From an uncultured Methanosarcinaceae archaeon (GTDB lineage: Archaea; Halobacteriota; Methanosarcinia; Methanosarcinales; Methanosarcinaceae), in NCBI GenBank assembly GCA_963847185.1, contig CAWJYV010000010.1, positions 576,001-640,000 on the forward strand: 64,000 bases of DNA, written 5' to 3'. The notes under the pieces were generated by a model that saw only the letters and a list, made by a program, of their open reading frames with translations, was not told where the DNA came from and did no database searches. The position numbers were made by a program, and so were the translations under genes. This document shows, piece after piece, positions 29,676 through 41,499 of the stretch; within the stretch, counting starts at the first letter, position 1, and each line of letters starts with the position of its first letter.

Positions 29676-31466
29676 TTAGACTATCCTGATAGTAGAATTA
29701 GGATGCTTCCCGGTTTTGTCGATTGTATGAACCGCGCATGCGAGGCAAGGGTCATAAGACCGAGCTGTATGCAGGATCCCGAGAGGATTCGAATAATCTA
29801 CTCCAAGGGCATTTTCTGCAGCCGAAATTTTAGTGCCTATAAGGGCCTGCTCAACAGGGCTTGGAATTCCCTGAGAATTTCTGGGAGCAAGGTTCCATGT
29901 ACTCGGAACTACAGCCTGGTAAAGGGTTACCATTGAGTCCGGGCCTGTTGCAACCCAGTGCCCCAGCGCCCCTCGGGGAGCTTCCCATAAACCCATACCT
30001 GCGGAACTCTCTGCCATAGAGAGGTCGGTATGTACTGCAACCTTTCCGCCCGCTTGAATATCCTGCGTAAGCCATTTCATAAGTTCTGGGAACACTACCA
30101 GGATCTCCTGCATCCTTGCAATCATACGGGTGTAGTTATTGACAGGATAGTAGCCGTTATCTTGAAAAGTTTTTACCAATCCCGTAACAAGTGGTTCTCC
30201 CATAATCATCATACGAGCAATGGGGCCGACCTCACACGGAATTCCAGCATAATTAGGGGCTTTCGACCATGAATAACGGCTATTCGATCCTTTTGTATAA
30301 TCGATCTTTTCAGGGTCCTCTTCTGGAACCGTAACCCCATTCCAGGGAGGACGATCATTTTCCTCATCAATGTAAAAGGAGTGACTAATGCTTTCTGAAA
30401 TCTTTCTGTAATCGAATTTTTCAAGCTTGAAATATCCATTCATATAGCCGGAAGGTATAACCCTGCTGTCTGCAGGACTTGTAGGGTCATATCCGTCTCC
30501 TTTCTCAGGCTTGAAGAAAACCCCATAAGAAAGAAAGCCGATTTTGTCCGGGTCTTTATATCCTCCTGCATGGTCCATTTTCAGACTAATAGGCAAGCCG
30601 AGAAGTTTTTCTCCAACAAGTTCCGAACCAAAAGCTGCGAAAAGCGGAACGTCTCCCCATCCTGAAGAATGCGAAAAATCATTACTAATAAGAGATTTAT
30701 CCAGAAGTTCCTGTAGGTGCCCAATGACGAAATTAACAGCCTTTTGAGGAGAAGAGGCCCTGTAAGTATTTTCAATCCAGGTATCGGGAGAGACACCAAG
30801 AGTAAATGCTTCAATAAATTCCATGGTCTTCGATACATAACCTACAATTTGCCCGATATCAGCAACCGTCGGAGAATAAACTACTCCTCCAACATTCTGA
30901 AGAACCGGATGGGGCATTTTGCCGGCTATCAGAGAAATGGCTTCGTGCAAGCGGCGGAATTCCCCTATAGCACCGAGATAGGACGAGCCAGCTGGATAAC
31001 TTGTACCGTTAAGCTGATAAATCAAAGGCGCAAAACGCCCGGGAAGTTCTTTCCACACTGCATTTCCAACATCCCCGTATTTTACCAGAATATCACGGTA
31101 AGCCGGGTTTGCAAGATCAGGGCCCCAGAGCACGTAGATATGAGCTGCATGGCTGGCTATGTAATTAAGACTCTGGTGAATATTTCGCATTACAAGAGCG
31201 TTTTTGGGAACCTCACCTGCAACTCCGAAAAGTTCGTCCAGGGCATTTGCTGCAGTTATGCCATGGCTAACCGGGCAGACTCCACAGATCCTCTGGGACA
31301 GAAGTACCGCATCCCTGGGATCATGCTTCTGAAAAAGCCTTTCAAAACCCCTTAACTGCAAGCCATTACTCTGGGCATCAGTAATCACACCTTCCCCATT
31401 GACTTCGGTATTGATCCTGTAATGCCCTTCAATTCTCGAAACAGGATCAACAGTGACCTGTACCAT
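29676..31466 (-). CDS. vhxA: [NiFe]-hydrogenase large subunit (Vhx)
   Basis: [34 protein letters not shown] plus a C-terminal extension. Confidence 0.9.
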   Translation of the reverse strand: MVQVTVDPVSRIEGHYRINTEVNGEGVITDAQSNGLQLRGFERLFQKHDPRDAVLLSQRICGVCPVSHGITAANALDELFGVAGEVPKNALVMRNIHQSLNYIASHAAHIYVLWGPDLANPAYRDILVKYGDVGNAVWKELPGRFAPLIYQLNGTSYPAGSSYLGAIGEFRRLHEAISLIAGKMPHPVLQNVGGVVYSPTVADIGQIVGYVSKTMEFIEAFTLGVSPDTWIENTYRASSPQKAVNFVIGHLQELLDKSLISNDFSHSSGWGDVPLFAAFGSELVGEKLLGLPISLKMDHAGGYKDPDKIGFLSYGVFFKPEKGDGYDPTSPADSRVIPSGYMNGYFKLEKFDYRKISESISHSFYIDEENDRPPWNGVTVPEEDPEKIDYTKGSNSRYSWSKAPNYAGIPCEVGPIARMMIMGEPLVTGLVKTFQDNGYYPVNNYTRMIARMQEILVVFPELMKWLTQDIQAGGKVAVHTDLSMAESSAGMGLWEAPRGALGHWVATGPDSMVTLYQAVVPSTWNLAPRNSQGIPSPVEQALIGTKISAAENALGVDYSNPLGILHTARSYDPCLACAVHTIDKTGKHPNSTIRIV

Positions 31467-32629
31467 TATTTTTCACCTCCGGTTTCCTCTGGAGTGCTTT
31501 CTTCGGCAAAGCCTTCTTCGTCCTCAGGTCTTTTCATGACAGTTCTCCTAACAGCGTGAGCACCTGCAGCAAGCAGTGCACCTCCTACTGCCACGCCCGC
31601 TATAGTAGTGATATTCGTACCTACAATTCCAGTTTTCTCTATTTCCACGAAAAAAGGCCTTGATGAATCCGGGAAGCCAGGTTCAACGCAGGATATACAT
31701 GGAGAACCTGCCATCGGACATAAATTAAGGTGGCCGTTCCAGTGGCGAGTACCACAGTCGGCATGAGAATAAGGACCCTTGCACCCCAGTTTCCAGAGGC
31801 ACTTTTCTCCACCTACTGTCAGGTCAAATTCTCCACGGTCATAGTATCCGCGACGAGGACAGTTATCATGGACAACATGGTCAGGCGGGAAGAAAACCTT
31901 TGGACGCTTCCATTGATCCAGTACATAAGGTAAATCATCAGGTACCTTTATCTTTCCCAAAACAACTGCACCTATTGTCAAAAATACCCAGTCGGGATGT
32001 GCAGGACAGCCGCCAATATTGATAACCGGTGTATTGATTCCAAGCAGGTCTACAATCCCTTTTGATGAGTCTTCCATAGTAAATGCAATCCCTCGGGGAT
32101 CCAGAAGTTCAGCTATATCACTCTTAGCAGCGTTCACCCCACTGTTAGTTGCACACTGCCCGATTGCAACAATTACTGAGGCATTTTTCGCAGCTTTCGC
32201 GTAAATATCCTTATAGGGCCTGCCCCCGTACATAAGATATTTCCCGGAGCCTTGAGGCCCGTTCGCGACTGCTCCTTCAGAGACTAGAACGTAACCTGTT
32301 TCCTTTTCCAGAATCTCATCCAGCAGAATCTCAGAGTTCAGTTCACTGGTATTTGCAAGCTTTCCATCTACGAAAATGCCCTGCTGCATCATTAAAACTT
32401 CATGATAGAGCAGTTTGAGATTATAAACCTGAAGAAACTCTACGATATCAGGTGATCCTCCGTCCAGCATTGATATGGTGCAGCCACTATCCATTACTCC
32501 GTGAAGCCATACTACTTTAGTTTCCGAAAGTTGAAGGGCTTTTGCTATATCGCTTTTATATGTATGCAAAAAAAGAGAGGCCCCAAGAGCCCCAACAGCT
32601 TTAATAAAAGTCCGTCGATCCATTTTCAT
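31466..32629 (-). CDS. vhxG: [NiFe]-hydrogenase small subunit (Vhx), Tat signal
   Basis: DRRTFIK Tat motif, [32 protein letters not shown]-terminal TM helix. Confidence 0.88.
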   Translation of the reverse strand: MKMDRRTFIKAVGALGASLFLHTYKSDIAKALQLSETKVVWLHGVMDSGCTISMLDGGSPDIVEFLQVYNLKLLYHEVLMMQQGIFVDGKLANTSELNSEILLDEILEKETGYVLVSEGAVANGPQGSGKYLMYGGRPYKDIYAKAAKNASVIVAIGQCATNSGVNAAKSDIAELLDPRGIAFTMEDSSKGIVDLLGINTPVINIGGCPAHPDWVFLTIGAVVLGKIKVPDDLPYVLDQWKRPKVFFPPDHVVHDNCPRRGYYDRGEFDLTVGGEKCLWKLGCKGPYSHADCGTRHWNGHLNLCPMAGSPCISCVEPGFPDSSRPFFVEIEKTGIVGTNITTIAGVAVGGALLAAGAHAVRRTVMKRPEDEEGFAEESTPEETGGEK

Positions 32630-32935
32630 AAAATCGAGATTTTTAAACTTTTCAAGTAAGTCCTCGTTACTCGTTCCACTCCCCCCACAATTATAATTAT
32701 TTTTATACTATAATATGTATAATATAAGCATTAAGATATTAAAAGACTATCACAATCTCTATTGATCTGACTTTTAATAAATTTTAATTCCTTTAATTTT
32801 TCAGGCAACCTGATTACATTCTAAATAAATATGTTTTTTATAAAAATTTATATATTTTGATGCCTTTCTTTATTTATCTAAATTTCAAGGCTATATGGGC
32901 TTGTTATAGAATCTTAATAGTAAAGACTGCACATT

Positions 32936-33904
32936 TTGAGCAAAAAATTTTGCAGCAGATGGGGAGAGAATATGTCTATTGGGGAAGGTCACGATTTGAA
33001 ATCGTCTAGATTTGCAGGCGATGATGTTCTGGAAGCCTGCTATGCCAATGAAAGATCCCTTCGCAAAGGCGATAGTGGTCCTGCAGTACAGAAAGTTCAG
33101 CAGGCTCTAATATTTTTGGGTTTTCCTGTACCCGTAGTTGGAGCCAATGGTATATTTGGTGATGAAACCGTACTAGCTGTCCTGAGCTATCAGGAGGCTC
33201 GAGGACTGAAGGTTGATGGTATAGTAGGATCAGAAACTATAGGGAGTCTGGATGAAGAATTCCACACGGGACCGCTAGCAGAGCATTTAGTTTCATCATC
33301 AACAGAACCGCAGGTATCGCATGTTCCAGCTCCATTAGTGCCTGAATCTCCAGTTAAGTCGCCAAGAATGTCTCCAATTTCACCACCAAATGCACCTGAG
33401 GCGCCTGAAGTCCCGCCAGTAGAGGCACCTGGTGTTCCTACTGTAGAGAGGCCTGCAGTTAAAATACCTCAACCTCCGGTTCCACCGGTAGCGGAACCTC
33501 CAATTTTAGCAACGCAGACAGTTCCGCCTGAACAAAAACCGCTTCATGTAACCAGACCCATAACTCCACCTATAACTGCACTGCCTGAGACGATTGATAG
33601 TAAAGGGCGGAAATTTCATTCTGCAGGAACCCGGAGTGGGAGTAGTTCTTCTTTTGAGGCTGAAGCTGGAAAATCAGTGCGTCTTGAAGTAAGGAACCTA
33701 AATGTCAAGGAGTCAAGCATCACGATAAAGACAAATATAGGGGAAGCAAAGGAATCCGTACTTTTACCTGACACCCTTGTAGATTTTGAATTCTCTGCAA
33801 TAGAAGAGCCCTTTATATGGAGATTTTACATCGAAACCGACAGCGAAGACTCTTTAATCGAGTGGAAACTTTATAGCAACTGGGTTCCGGGAAAATCCGA
33901 GTAA
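32936..33904 (+). CDS. Peptidoglycan-binding-like domain + Pro-rich linker + beta-rich domain (start possibly 32972)
   Basis: LRKGDSGPAVQKVQQAL...GIFGDET...YQEARGLKVDGIVGSET matches the PG_binding_1 pattern. Confidence 0.85.
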   Translation: MSKKFCSRWGENMSIGEGHDLKSSRFAGDDVLEACYANERSLRKGDSGPAVQKVQQALIFLGFPVPVVGANGIFGDETVLAVLSYQEARGLKVDGIVGSETIGSLDEEFHTGPLAEHLVSSSTEPQVSHVPAPLVPESPVKSPRMSPISPPNAPEAPEVPPVEAPGVPTVERPAVKIPQPPVPPVAEPPILATQTVPPEQKPLHVTRPITPPITALPETIDSKGRKFHSAGTRSGSSSSFEAEAGKSVRLEVRNLNVKESSITIKTNIGEAKESVLLPDTLVDFEFSAIEEPFIWRFYIETDSEDSLIEWKLYSNWVPGKSE

Positions 33905-34123
33905 ATATATGAGAGAAAAAACCGAATTAACAGAGAAAAAGTTTCAAATTTCCTGCTCAATGCGCTCTTCAAGGACCATATTTACCGCATTAAAAGTTGT
34001 ATAAAGACCAGACAGAAAGAAAAATTAGGAAAAAGCGAATCAAAAATCTGAATAGAATAAATAAATGGTAGGGGAACCAGGTAAAAATAGAAGGAAATCG
34101 AAACAAAATAAGTTTCAAGATAA

Positions 34124-34609
34124 TTAAAGTGAGGAAGAAACTTCTTCCCTGATAATCCTCATGGCTTTCTCCACGCCTTTAAGGACGTCTGGACTGATTT
34201 CCTGCGTAGCTTCCATGACAAGCGACCCAATTTCAATCCCAATGATCACGATTTCCGGAAGCGATTGGATCTGTTCCCCTATTTTCAATACATCTGTAAT
34301 TGTCAGGTCGTGTACCGAAACAAGAGGATGAAACTCGGTGCCATCCAATAATTCCTTCCCTTCTATACGATGTACGGAACCTGGAGGGCTGTCTGCCAGA
34401 ATAGCGTCTACTATAATGACCTTCCTGGCACCATCGAGAAGATTTAAAAGATCAAGCCCGCAGACCCCCGCATCTTCAATATCAAGATCTTTGAGGTCTT
34501 TAAGTTCGGTTTTGTGGAGAGCCTCAATGACTTTGAGGCCTACACCATCATTTCCCATTAATGGGCTTCCGCATCCCAGGATACGGACTGGAGCATGTAA
34601 TATAGACAT
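34124..34609 (-). CDS. vhtD: Hydrogenase maturation protease
   Basis: LGCGSPLMGNDGVG, IIVDA, SVHD. Confidence 0.92.
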   Translation of the reverse strand: MSILHAPVRILGCGSPLMGNDGVGLKVIEALHKTELKDLKDLDIEDAGVCGLDLLNLLDGARKVIIVDAILADSPPGSVHRIEGKELLDGTEFHPLVSVHDLTITDVLKIGEQIQSLPEIVIIGIEIGSLVMEATQEISPDVLKGVEKAMRIIREEVSSSL

Positions 34610-34704
34610 GTTCTCACTTGATTAAAAGGCGTATGGATTTTTTGAACATGCCTATACTACCTTTTCCAGTTATGATTTTTTCTTTAATAATTTTTTAGTA
34701 GTTT

Positions 34705-35487
34705 TTAGTGCTTGTGTTCTTTCTTAGCCTTAGCATCAAACCTTGAATATTTCTCTATATACTCTGAATAGTTAGTATCTGAGAGATCTTCTTTTCCTGA
34801 CCAGAAGATAGCTTTGTAGTACTTCCAGACATGAGGGTCAAACTCCAGAATACCTACATGCACTACAAGTTCAAAGACAAACCAGTAGGTCAGTAGCAGG
34901 TGAAGAGCCCTGAGAAACTGCAAGGAGGTCATGTCGAATATAGGCGCAATAAGTCCTCCTGCAGATAAGATCCATGATCCTATAGGGAGGCCTAAAAGCG
35001 ACCAGTCAAGCTTGTAAAGGACAATGCCTGAGACCGCAATAAGGAAGATAGCTGTACCTTCAAGCACAATCAGGACCTTCATTACAGGGTGAAGTTTGGT
35101 CTCATAGTGGCCTTTTTCTTCATCATAGATGGAAAATGCAGGGTATCGACCTTTCCTGAAGAAGTTTTTAATTATACCGCCCAGACGAGTTGCATCTTTA
35201 GGACCAAAAATATAATGGTCCGTAAAGTGTGAAATTTTCCCCAGTACCCCGTGGCCTTCGGAAAAAATGTTGTAAGGGATAAGGATCCAGTTCACTGCAA
35301 GCAGGAACGGAACCATTATCATGTGAAGGGCACGGGCAGTATGGAAACTCATAAAGTCCCATCCCGCATAGATCTTTAACCCTGTGATGATGAGCACTAT
35401 CATCGCAATAGCATGGACGGTATGAGCTATCCTGTCTGTTACGGTATAGCGCTCAACAACCATTGACCGGTTGTTTTTAGATTTCAT
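34705..35487 (-). CDS. vhtC: Methanophenazine-reducing hydrogenase cytochrome b subunit
   Basis: [20 protein letters not shown]; position in the operon. Confidence 0.9.
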   Translation of the reverse strand: MKSKNNRSMVVERYTVTDRIAHTVHAIAMIVLIITGLKIYAGWDFMSFHTARALHMIMVPFLLAVNWILIPYNIFSEGHGVLGKISHFTDHYIFGPKDATRLGGIIKNFFRKGRYPAFSIYDEEKGHYETKLHPVMKVLIVLEGTAIFLIAVSGIVLYKLDWSLLGLPIGSWILSAGGLIAPIFDMTSLQFLRALHLLLTYWFVFELVVHVGILEFDPHVWKYYKAIFWSGKEDLSDTNYSEYIEKYSRFDAKAKKEHKH

Positions 35488-35514
35488 TGTGGGTCATCTC
35501 CTTGTACTATATAC

Positions 35515-37290
35515 TTAGAGTATTCTTAGAGTATTTGGAGCGCGTTTCCCGGTCAGGTCAATGGTGTGGACTGCACATGAAATGCAAGGATCATAGGACC
35601 TACCCATATGGAAGATACCGACCGGATTGGTATAATCGACAGCTCCGACTGGGTTGATTTTTGAACCAATGAGAGACTGTTCGAGCGGACCAGGGATGCC
35701 ATTGCTGTCTCTTGGGGACATTAACCAGGTACCTGGAACTATGGCCTGATAGTTGGAAACCTTTCCATCACTGCCAGCAGAGATCCAGTGACCAAGTGCT
35801 CCACGAGGTGCTTCCCATAGACCCATTCCCTGATTATTTTTAGCTGTATTAAGGTCTATAGGCACGGAAATCTTGCCTCCGGGCGTATAGTCAACTGTTA
35901 CCCAGTTGAGAAGTTCATACGCAAGAATTGCCATTTCCTGCATACGGGCCAGCATTCTGGTGTAAACATTAGCTGCAGAGTAGCCTTTTGCATTGAATGT
36001 CTGAGCCAGACCGGTTACGAGCGGCTCTTTTATATTTAGCATGCGTGCAAGAGGCCCGACTTCACCTGGAACTCCGTCGTATCTCGGAGCCTTGTCCCAG
36101 CTGTACTGGCTATCCGAACCTTCTGTGTAGACGATTTTCTTTGGATCCGTAAACGGAACGGTTTCACCTTTTGTTGGTGCGAAGTCGTTGGCACTGTTCT
36201 GGTAGAAGGCGTGAGCAGTGCTTTCCGTAATTTTATCCGGATCAAAGTTCTGATATTCGAGCTTTCCTGATACTACACCTGAAGTGAAAATACGGTCTCC
36301 TGCCGGGCTCTTCGGATCGTATCCGTCTTTGGGCTTGAAGTATCCACCGTATGAAAGGAAGCAGATCTTTGAGGGGTCTTTGTACCCACCTATTGTATCA
36401 TTTTTAAGGCTTGCTGGAAGGCCAAGAAGTGTTTCTCCTACAAGTTCTGAACCAAAAGCTGCATAGAATTCCACATCTCCCCAACCTGCGTCTTTGGAGA
36501 AGTCATTGGAAGTAGTTGCTTTGTCAACAAGTCCCTGGAGGTGTTCGACCACGAAGCTTACTGCTTTTTCCGGAGAGCTTGCCTTATAGGTATTTTCAAT
36601 CCAGGTATCGAATGGAACTTTCAGAGTATGTTTGGATACGAAGTCCATGACCTGCAGATAGTAAGTGGAGAGTTTGGTTATATCTGCAACAGTAGCCGGG
36701 TAGGTATATCCACCTGGATAAAGGGATGAAGGACCAGGCATTCTTCCTGCAATAAGTGCAATGGCTTCCTGAAGGCGTTTCTTTTCAGGAATTGCTGCCA
36801 TATATGAACTTCCTGCAGGTATAGCCGCTCCATCCATCTTGTAGCTGATTGGGGCAAACCTTCCAACCATCTCTTTCCAGACAGCGTTTCCGGTGTCTCC
36901 AAGTGTTGTAAGGACATTTCTGTACGCTGGGTTTGCAAGGTCAGGGCCAAAGAGGACGTATATATGAGTTGCGTGGCTTGCAACCATGTTCAGGCCCTGG
37001 AAAATATTCCTCATTACAAGAGCATCTTTTGGAACGTGCTCAGCCACGCCATAAAGATCGTCAAGAGCATTTGTGGCTGTCATTCCATGAGCAATTGGGC
37101 AGACACCACAAATTCTCTGGGTAAGAAAAGCTGCGTCTCTTGGATCCTGGTGCTGCAGAATGCGTTCAAAACCCCTGAATATAAGGGAAGATGACTGGGC
37201 ATCGGTAATAACACCGTTAGCATCTACTTCAGTGGAGATACGCTGGTGGCCTTCAATTCTGGTTAAGGGATCAACTGTAACGTTTACCAT
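35515..37290 (-). CDS. vhtA: Methanophenazine-reducing [NiFe]-hydrogenase large subunit
   Basis: [24 protein letters not shown]. Confidence 0.93.
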   Translation of the reverse strand: MVNVTVDPLTRIEGHQRISTEVDANGVITDAQSSSLIFRGFERILQHQDPRDAAFLTQRICGVCPIAHGMTATNALDDLYGVAEHVPKDALVMRNIFQGLNMVASHATHIYVLFGPDLANPAYRNVLTTLGDTGNAVWKEMVGRFAPISYKMDGAAIPAGSSYMAAIPEKKRLQEAIALIAGRMPGPSSLYPGGYTYPATVADITKLSTYYLQVMDFVSKHTLKVPFDTWIENTYKASSPEKAVSFVVEHLQGLVDKATTSNDFSKDAGWGDVEFYAAFGSELVGETLLGLPASLKNDTIGGYKDPSKICFLSYGGYFKPKDGYDPKSPAGDRIFTSGVVSGKLEYQNFDPDKITESTAHAFYQNSANDFAPTKGETVPFTDPKKIVYTEGSDSQYSWDKAPRYDGVPGEVGPLARMLNIKEPLVTGLAQTFNAKGYSAANVYTRMLARMQEMAILAYELLNWVTVDYTPGGKISVPIDLNTAKNNQGMGLWEAPRGALGHWISAGSDGKVSNYQAIVPGTWLMSPRDSNGIPGPLEQSLIGSKINPVGAVDYTNPVGIFHMGRSYDPCISCAVHTIDLTGKRAPNTLRIL

Positions 37291-37297
37291 TTTTCAC

Positions 37298-38453
37298 TCA
37301 CTCTCCTTTTCCCATTCTCCTTACAGCATGTACGCCGGCAGCAACTGCAGCTGCACCGACTGCGACCTTGGACACGGTATCGATGTTCGCTCCAAGAAGC
37401 ACTCCCTTATCTTCAGCTTCGACATAAAGAGGTCTTGAACCATCAGGGAAGTCAGGCTCCACACAGGCTATGCAGGGGCCGCCTGCCTGGGTACACATGC
37501 TGACTGAGCCGTTCCACCTGCGGATTCCACAGTCTGCATGGGCGTAAGGAGCTTTGCATCCGAGTTTCCACAAGCATCCTGGCCCGCCAATCTCTTCATC
37601 GAGCTCTCCGCGGTCATAGTATCCGCGGCGGGGACAGTTGTCATGCACAGTGTGATCCGGGGGGAAAAAGACCTTTGGTCTGCCGTATTCGTCAAGAGCG
37701 GCGGGAAGATCGTCAGGAACCTTTATTTTTCCAAGGATTACTGCACCTAAGGTAAGAAGAATCCAGTCAGGGTGAGCTGGACAACCCGGAATGTTGATTA
37801 CGGGCTTATCGATGCCAAGTTCTTTAAGCATGCCTTTTGATGCATCGGTTTTTGAAAATGCCACTCCTCTATAGTCGGTGTCCTTGGCAACATCGCTTTC
37901 TGCATTGGTAATTCCTCCCCAGCAGGCACAGGCTCCGACTGCAACGATAGCTACTGGCATTCTTTGCAGCCTCTGCAAGGGTTTCCTTGAAAGTCTTGTT
38001 TCCAATAACCAGGTAGCGTCCTGAACCATCCGGACCGTTCGGAATTGAGCCTTCAACGACCAGGATATACTTACCCTCTTTATAAAGTTCTTCAAGGAGG
38101 ATCTCGGAGTTAAGCTCGGAAGTATTTACAAGCTTACCATCATTCCAGATTCCCTGCTGTGCACAAAGAGTCTCGTGGAAAGCAAGGTTGACATTGAGCT
38201 TGGTAAGAGCCTGTGCAATGTCAGGGTTGCCTCCATTTAAGACAGATTCGGAACAGCCAGTGCATTCAGAACCATGGAGCCAAACAAGCTTTGTCTCTGG
38301 AAACTCAAGCGCATTTACGATTTCAGTCTGGTAGTTGGTTAAGAAAGCGGTTGCTCCAACTGCACCTACTACCTTCATGAAAGTGCGTCGGTCCATTTTT
38401 AAAAAATCCACACTATCCAGTGTACGGACAAGATTTGTCATTCCAGTACTCAT
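37298..38453 (-). pseudogene. vhtG: vhtG small subunit with a 1-bp insertion near 37952 (real or sequencing error)
   Basis: Tat motif DRRTFMK and ECTGC in ORF 37869..38462; GACAC, GCPAHP and distal-cluster motifs in ORF 37298..38095. Deleting one base in AATGCCAGTAGCTATC restores KNASAIVAVG. Confidence 0.9.
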
Positions 38454-39350
38454 CTCTACCACATCTTAATTTTACCCAAATTTATATAGTTAAAAAGTTT
38501 TTAATTAAAATGTTTTAATAAATATATAAACACACGTATAAATATATCACTAATGTTTTTCAATGAGGGAATAGTATTTAAGGTTTTTTACTTGTAATCA
38601 TAAATATATTAGTTGGGCAAGGAAATTCTGTTATTGTATACATTATTATAATTATATTATTATATATCATCAGATTTAATGTTGTCTTGTTTGTCCTGCA
38701 TTCGTCTTTGTCGCATATGTCTAAACTCCAGATTTCAGGCAAACTTTCAGGAAAAAATCAATTTTGAAGCAGGTTGATTCTAAAATTAACGTCTATTCAT
38801 AAATCAAATGTTGGATTTTAAATATATTTGAGGCCTGGAATAAAAATAAACTGATTTAAGGAGTCGTATTCTGTTAAAGTCAATAGCGTATCTTTACATG
38901 ATATGTTAAAGTAATGATATTTGGGTACTACTCGTTCATGATTTTTAGAAAATGTTATATTCAAAATTTAAGCAGAATTGATTTAAAACATCCCTTTAAA
39001 GGGTTATAAATTCCTAAATAAACATTTTTAAATTCTCTGGATGAAATTAAAAAACAAAAAGGTTATAAAATAGGACTATAAAATTGAAAAAAACAATTTT
39101 TCGAAAAAATCTACTATTAAGGATCTAGAATTCAATTTATGTTTTTAAACATGCATTTTTCTATTAGCAGAACTAAAGGAAGGAAAAAGTGGCAGTTAAA
39201 ACTAAGAAAATAAGAGAGGGAAATATAATAATAAAGAAAGAAATATATAATACTATAAGAAGTAAATATATTACAGTAGAAATTGACTACATAATGAAGC
39301 AGGAGAACAGGGTTAAGGTTTTTTCCCTCGTCAGAGAGAAAAAAGTCAGA

Positions 39351-39540
39351 AGAATCAGAGGCTTTTTGCTTTGAATCAGAGGCTTTTTACTTTCTTGGGC
39401 TTCAATATATATATTTCTTGAATAATTTCTTGAAAATATATTTTTCTGTAAATTTGAAAATATTTCTGAAAAATACATCTGTAAATTTGAAGATATTTCT
39501 TGAAAATATATTCAGTAAATCCGAAAATAATTCCTGCAAT
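39351..39540. repeat. Tandem repeats upstream of hypC
   Basis: GAATCAGAGGCTTTTTRCTTT x2, then about 3 degenerate 33-37-bp units TTTCTTGAAAATA..TCTGTAAATTTGAAAATA. Confidence 0.65.
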
Positions 39541-39618
39541 ACTATTCGAATTCGGAAACTAATCTATGATTAATTGTTATAACTTGATCATATTTTAAAA
39601 GAAAACATTAGAGGTAAC

Positions 39619-39870
39619 ATGTGTATCGCTATTCCTGGTAAAGTTAAAGCTATTGTGGATGAGAATACTGCGACTATTGATATGGGTGGGATCTGTAGAG
39701 ATGTGAATATGGGGCTTATGGGAGGCGCAAATGAGTCTATGATAGGAAAACACTTCCTTGTCCATGTAGGATATGCAATATCCGAAATCTCAGAAGAAGA
39801 AAGTGAAGAAACCATGCGCCTTCTCAGGATAGTGGCTGGTCTTGATGAACCAGACTCTCTCGAAAGTTGA
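39619..39870 (+). CDS. hypC: Hydrogenase maturation chaperone
   Basis: MCIAIPG...LVHVGYAI. Confidence 0.96.
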   Translation: MCIAIPGKVKAIVDENTATIDMGGICRDVNMGLMGGANESMIGKHFLVHVGYAISEISEEESEETMRLLRIVAGLDEPDSLES

Positions 39871-41015
39871 TCTCCCTTAACTGGACGTTGATAATAATGG
39901 AAAACGGGAATTCTCCTCCAAAGCCAGCGGTTCCGGAACTGGAAAAAAAGCTTCTGGAAAGAATCAGAAACTCGAAGGTACCGCTTCGAATAATGCATGT
40001 CTGTGGAACGCATGAGAGAACCATAGCAAAATACGGACTAAGAAGTGTACTTCCTGAAAAGATAGAAGTAATAAGCGGCCCCGGCTGTCCGGTCTGTGTC
40101 ACTCCTGAAGAAGATGTTAATGTTGCAATTGCCCTTGCTAAAAGCGGAGCGACTGTTGTAACCTTCGGAGATATGATGCGAGTTCCGGGTTCTGCAGAAA
40201 GTTTGCTGGACGCAAAGTCTGACGGAGCAGACGTAAGGATGGTATACAGCATTGATGATGCAATTGCCATTGCAGAAAAAAAGCCGGAACTTGACGTAGT
40301 TTTTTTCGGGATAGGTTTTGAGACAACAGTCCCTGCAAATGCGGCAGCCCTCTTGAGAGATCTCCCGGAAAACTTCAGCCTCCTAGCCTCTCAAAAGCAA
40401 ACTCCTCCTGCAATTAATCTTCTTGCCAGTGATGCAGACGTTGATGCTTTCATAGCTCCCGGGCATGTGGCTACTATTATAGGTACAAGACCTTTCGAAC
40501 CTCTTGCAGAAAAGGGATTTCCTGTTGTAGTGAGCGGGTTTGAGGCCATAGACATCCTTCTTGGAATAAGCCTTCTACAGATGCAGGTAGAAGAAGGGGT
40601 CGCAAGGGTCGATAATGGTTACCCGAGAGCTGTGAAAACCGAAGGTAACCAGATTGCTCTGAAGATAATGGACAGAGTATTCGAGACTTCAGACTCCGAA
40701 TGGAGAGGTATCGGAAGAATAGAGGCTTCAGGACTTATTCTCAGGAAAGAATTCGAAGAAAGAGATGCGGCAAAGAAATATGAAGATCTCTACACCTCCG
40801 CCCTTGAGGACATTCGAAAGAAAGCCGAAGGAAAAGATAAAAAACGCTGTATCTGTGCAGCCATTCTTACAGGAAAAGCAAAGCCTCCACAATGTCCGAA
40901 CTTCGGGAAGAACTGCACTCCAAAGAGTCCTTCAGGTCCCTGTATGGTCAGCCAGGAAGGCATGTGCTACAACTGGTTTAAGTACTCTAGAGAAGGAGGT
41001 AGCAAACTTGCATGA
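39867..41015 (+). CDS. hypD: Hydrogenase maturation protein (start likely 39897)
   Basis: MHVCGTHE, GPGCPVC, GFETT, PGHV, GPCMVSQEGMC. Confidence 0.96.
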   Translation: MISLNWTLIIMENGNSPPKPAVPELEKKLLERIRNSKVPLRIMHVCGTHERTIAKYGLRSVLPEKIEVISGPGCPVCVTPEEDVNVAIALAKSGATVVTFGDMMRVPGSAESLLDAKSDGADVRMVYSIDDAIAIAEKKPELDVVFFGIGFETTVPANAAALLRDLPENFSLLASQKQTPPAINLLASDADVDAFIAPGHVATIIGTRPFEPLAEKGFPVVVSGFEAIDILLGISLLQMQVEEGVARVDNGYPRAVKTEGNQIALKIMDRVFETSDSEWRGIGRIEASGLILRKEFEERDAAKKYEDLYTSALEDIRKKAEGKDKKRCICAAILTGKAKPPQCPNFGKNCTPKSPSGPCMVSQEGMCYNWFKYSREGGSKLA

Positions 41016-41499
41016 ACTCTCCATTGCCTGTGAGATCTTTGAGCAGGTAATATCTACTGCTAAAACTCATGGAGCCCTTGAAGTCAAACATGTAACCCTT
41101 CAGATAGGAAGATTATCTCATACAAATCCTGAACAGCTGAGCTTCTGTTTTAAGGCTATTGCAGTGGAAAGTATTGCAGAAAATGCTGATTTTGTTGTAG
41201 AAATGGTGCCTCCATCTATTGAATGCGAATGTGGATACACGGGAGCTATTGACGAAAAGCAGATACGGGAAAGCAGTGGACTTACAAGTGAACTTCTTGT
41301 TTATATAGCTGCTATGGACTGCCCTATCTGCGGAAAACAGGCACATATAACAGGCGGCAGAGAACTAATTATTAAAAGCATTGAAATTGAAACGGAACAG
41401 AAGATCGTACAGCAGATAGTAATAATAAGTAATTCTCCAAGTGATGTTTATGTTGATGCATGTAATCCATATGGGACACGACGTCTTCAAAGCAAATGA
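41008..41499 (+). CDS. hypA: Nickel insertion protein
   Basis: TTG start at 41008 gives MHELSIA; CECG and CPICG zinc motifs; GRELIIKSIEIE. The frame runs on into hypB. Confidence 0.9.
   Translation: MHELSIACEIFEQVISTAKTHGALEVKHVTLQIGRLSHTNPEQLSFCFKAIAVESIAENADFVVEMVPPSIECECGYTGAIDEKQIRESSGLTSELLVYIAAMDCPICGKQAHITGGRELIIKSIEIETEQKIVQQIVIISNSPSDVYVDACNPYGTRRLQSK

Noticed and set aside
29676-37290. [NiFeSe] hydrogenase or selenocysteine recoding
   Set aside because: Both large subunits have Cys in DPCxxC, and there is no in-frame TGA.
40765-41007. Long N-terminal extension of HypA
   Set aside because: Overlaps hypD in another frame; the MHE motif places the start at TTG 41008.
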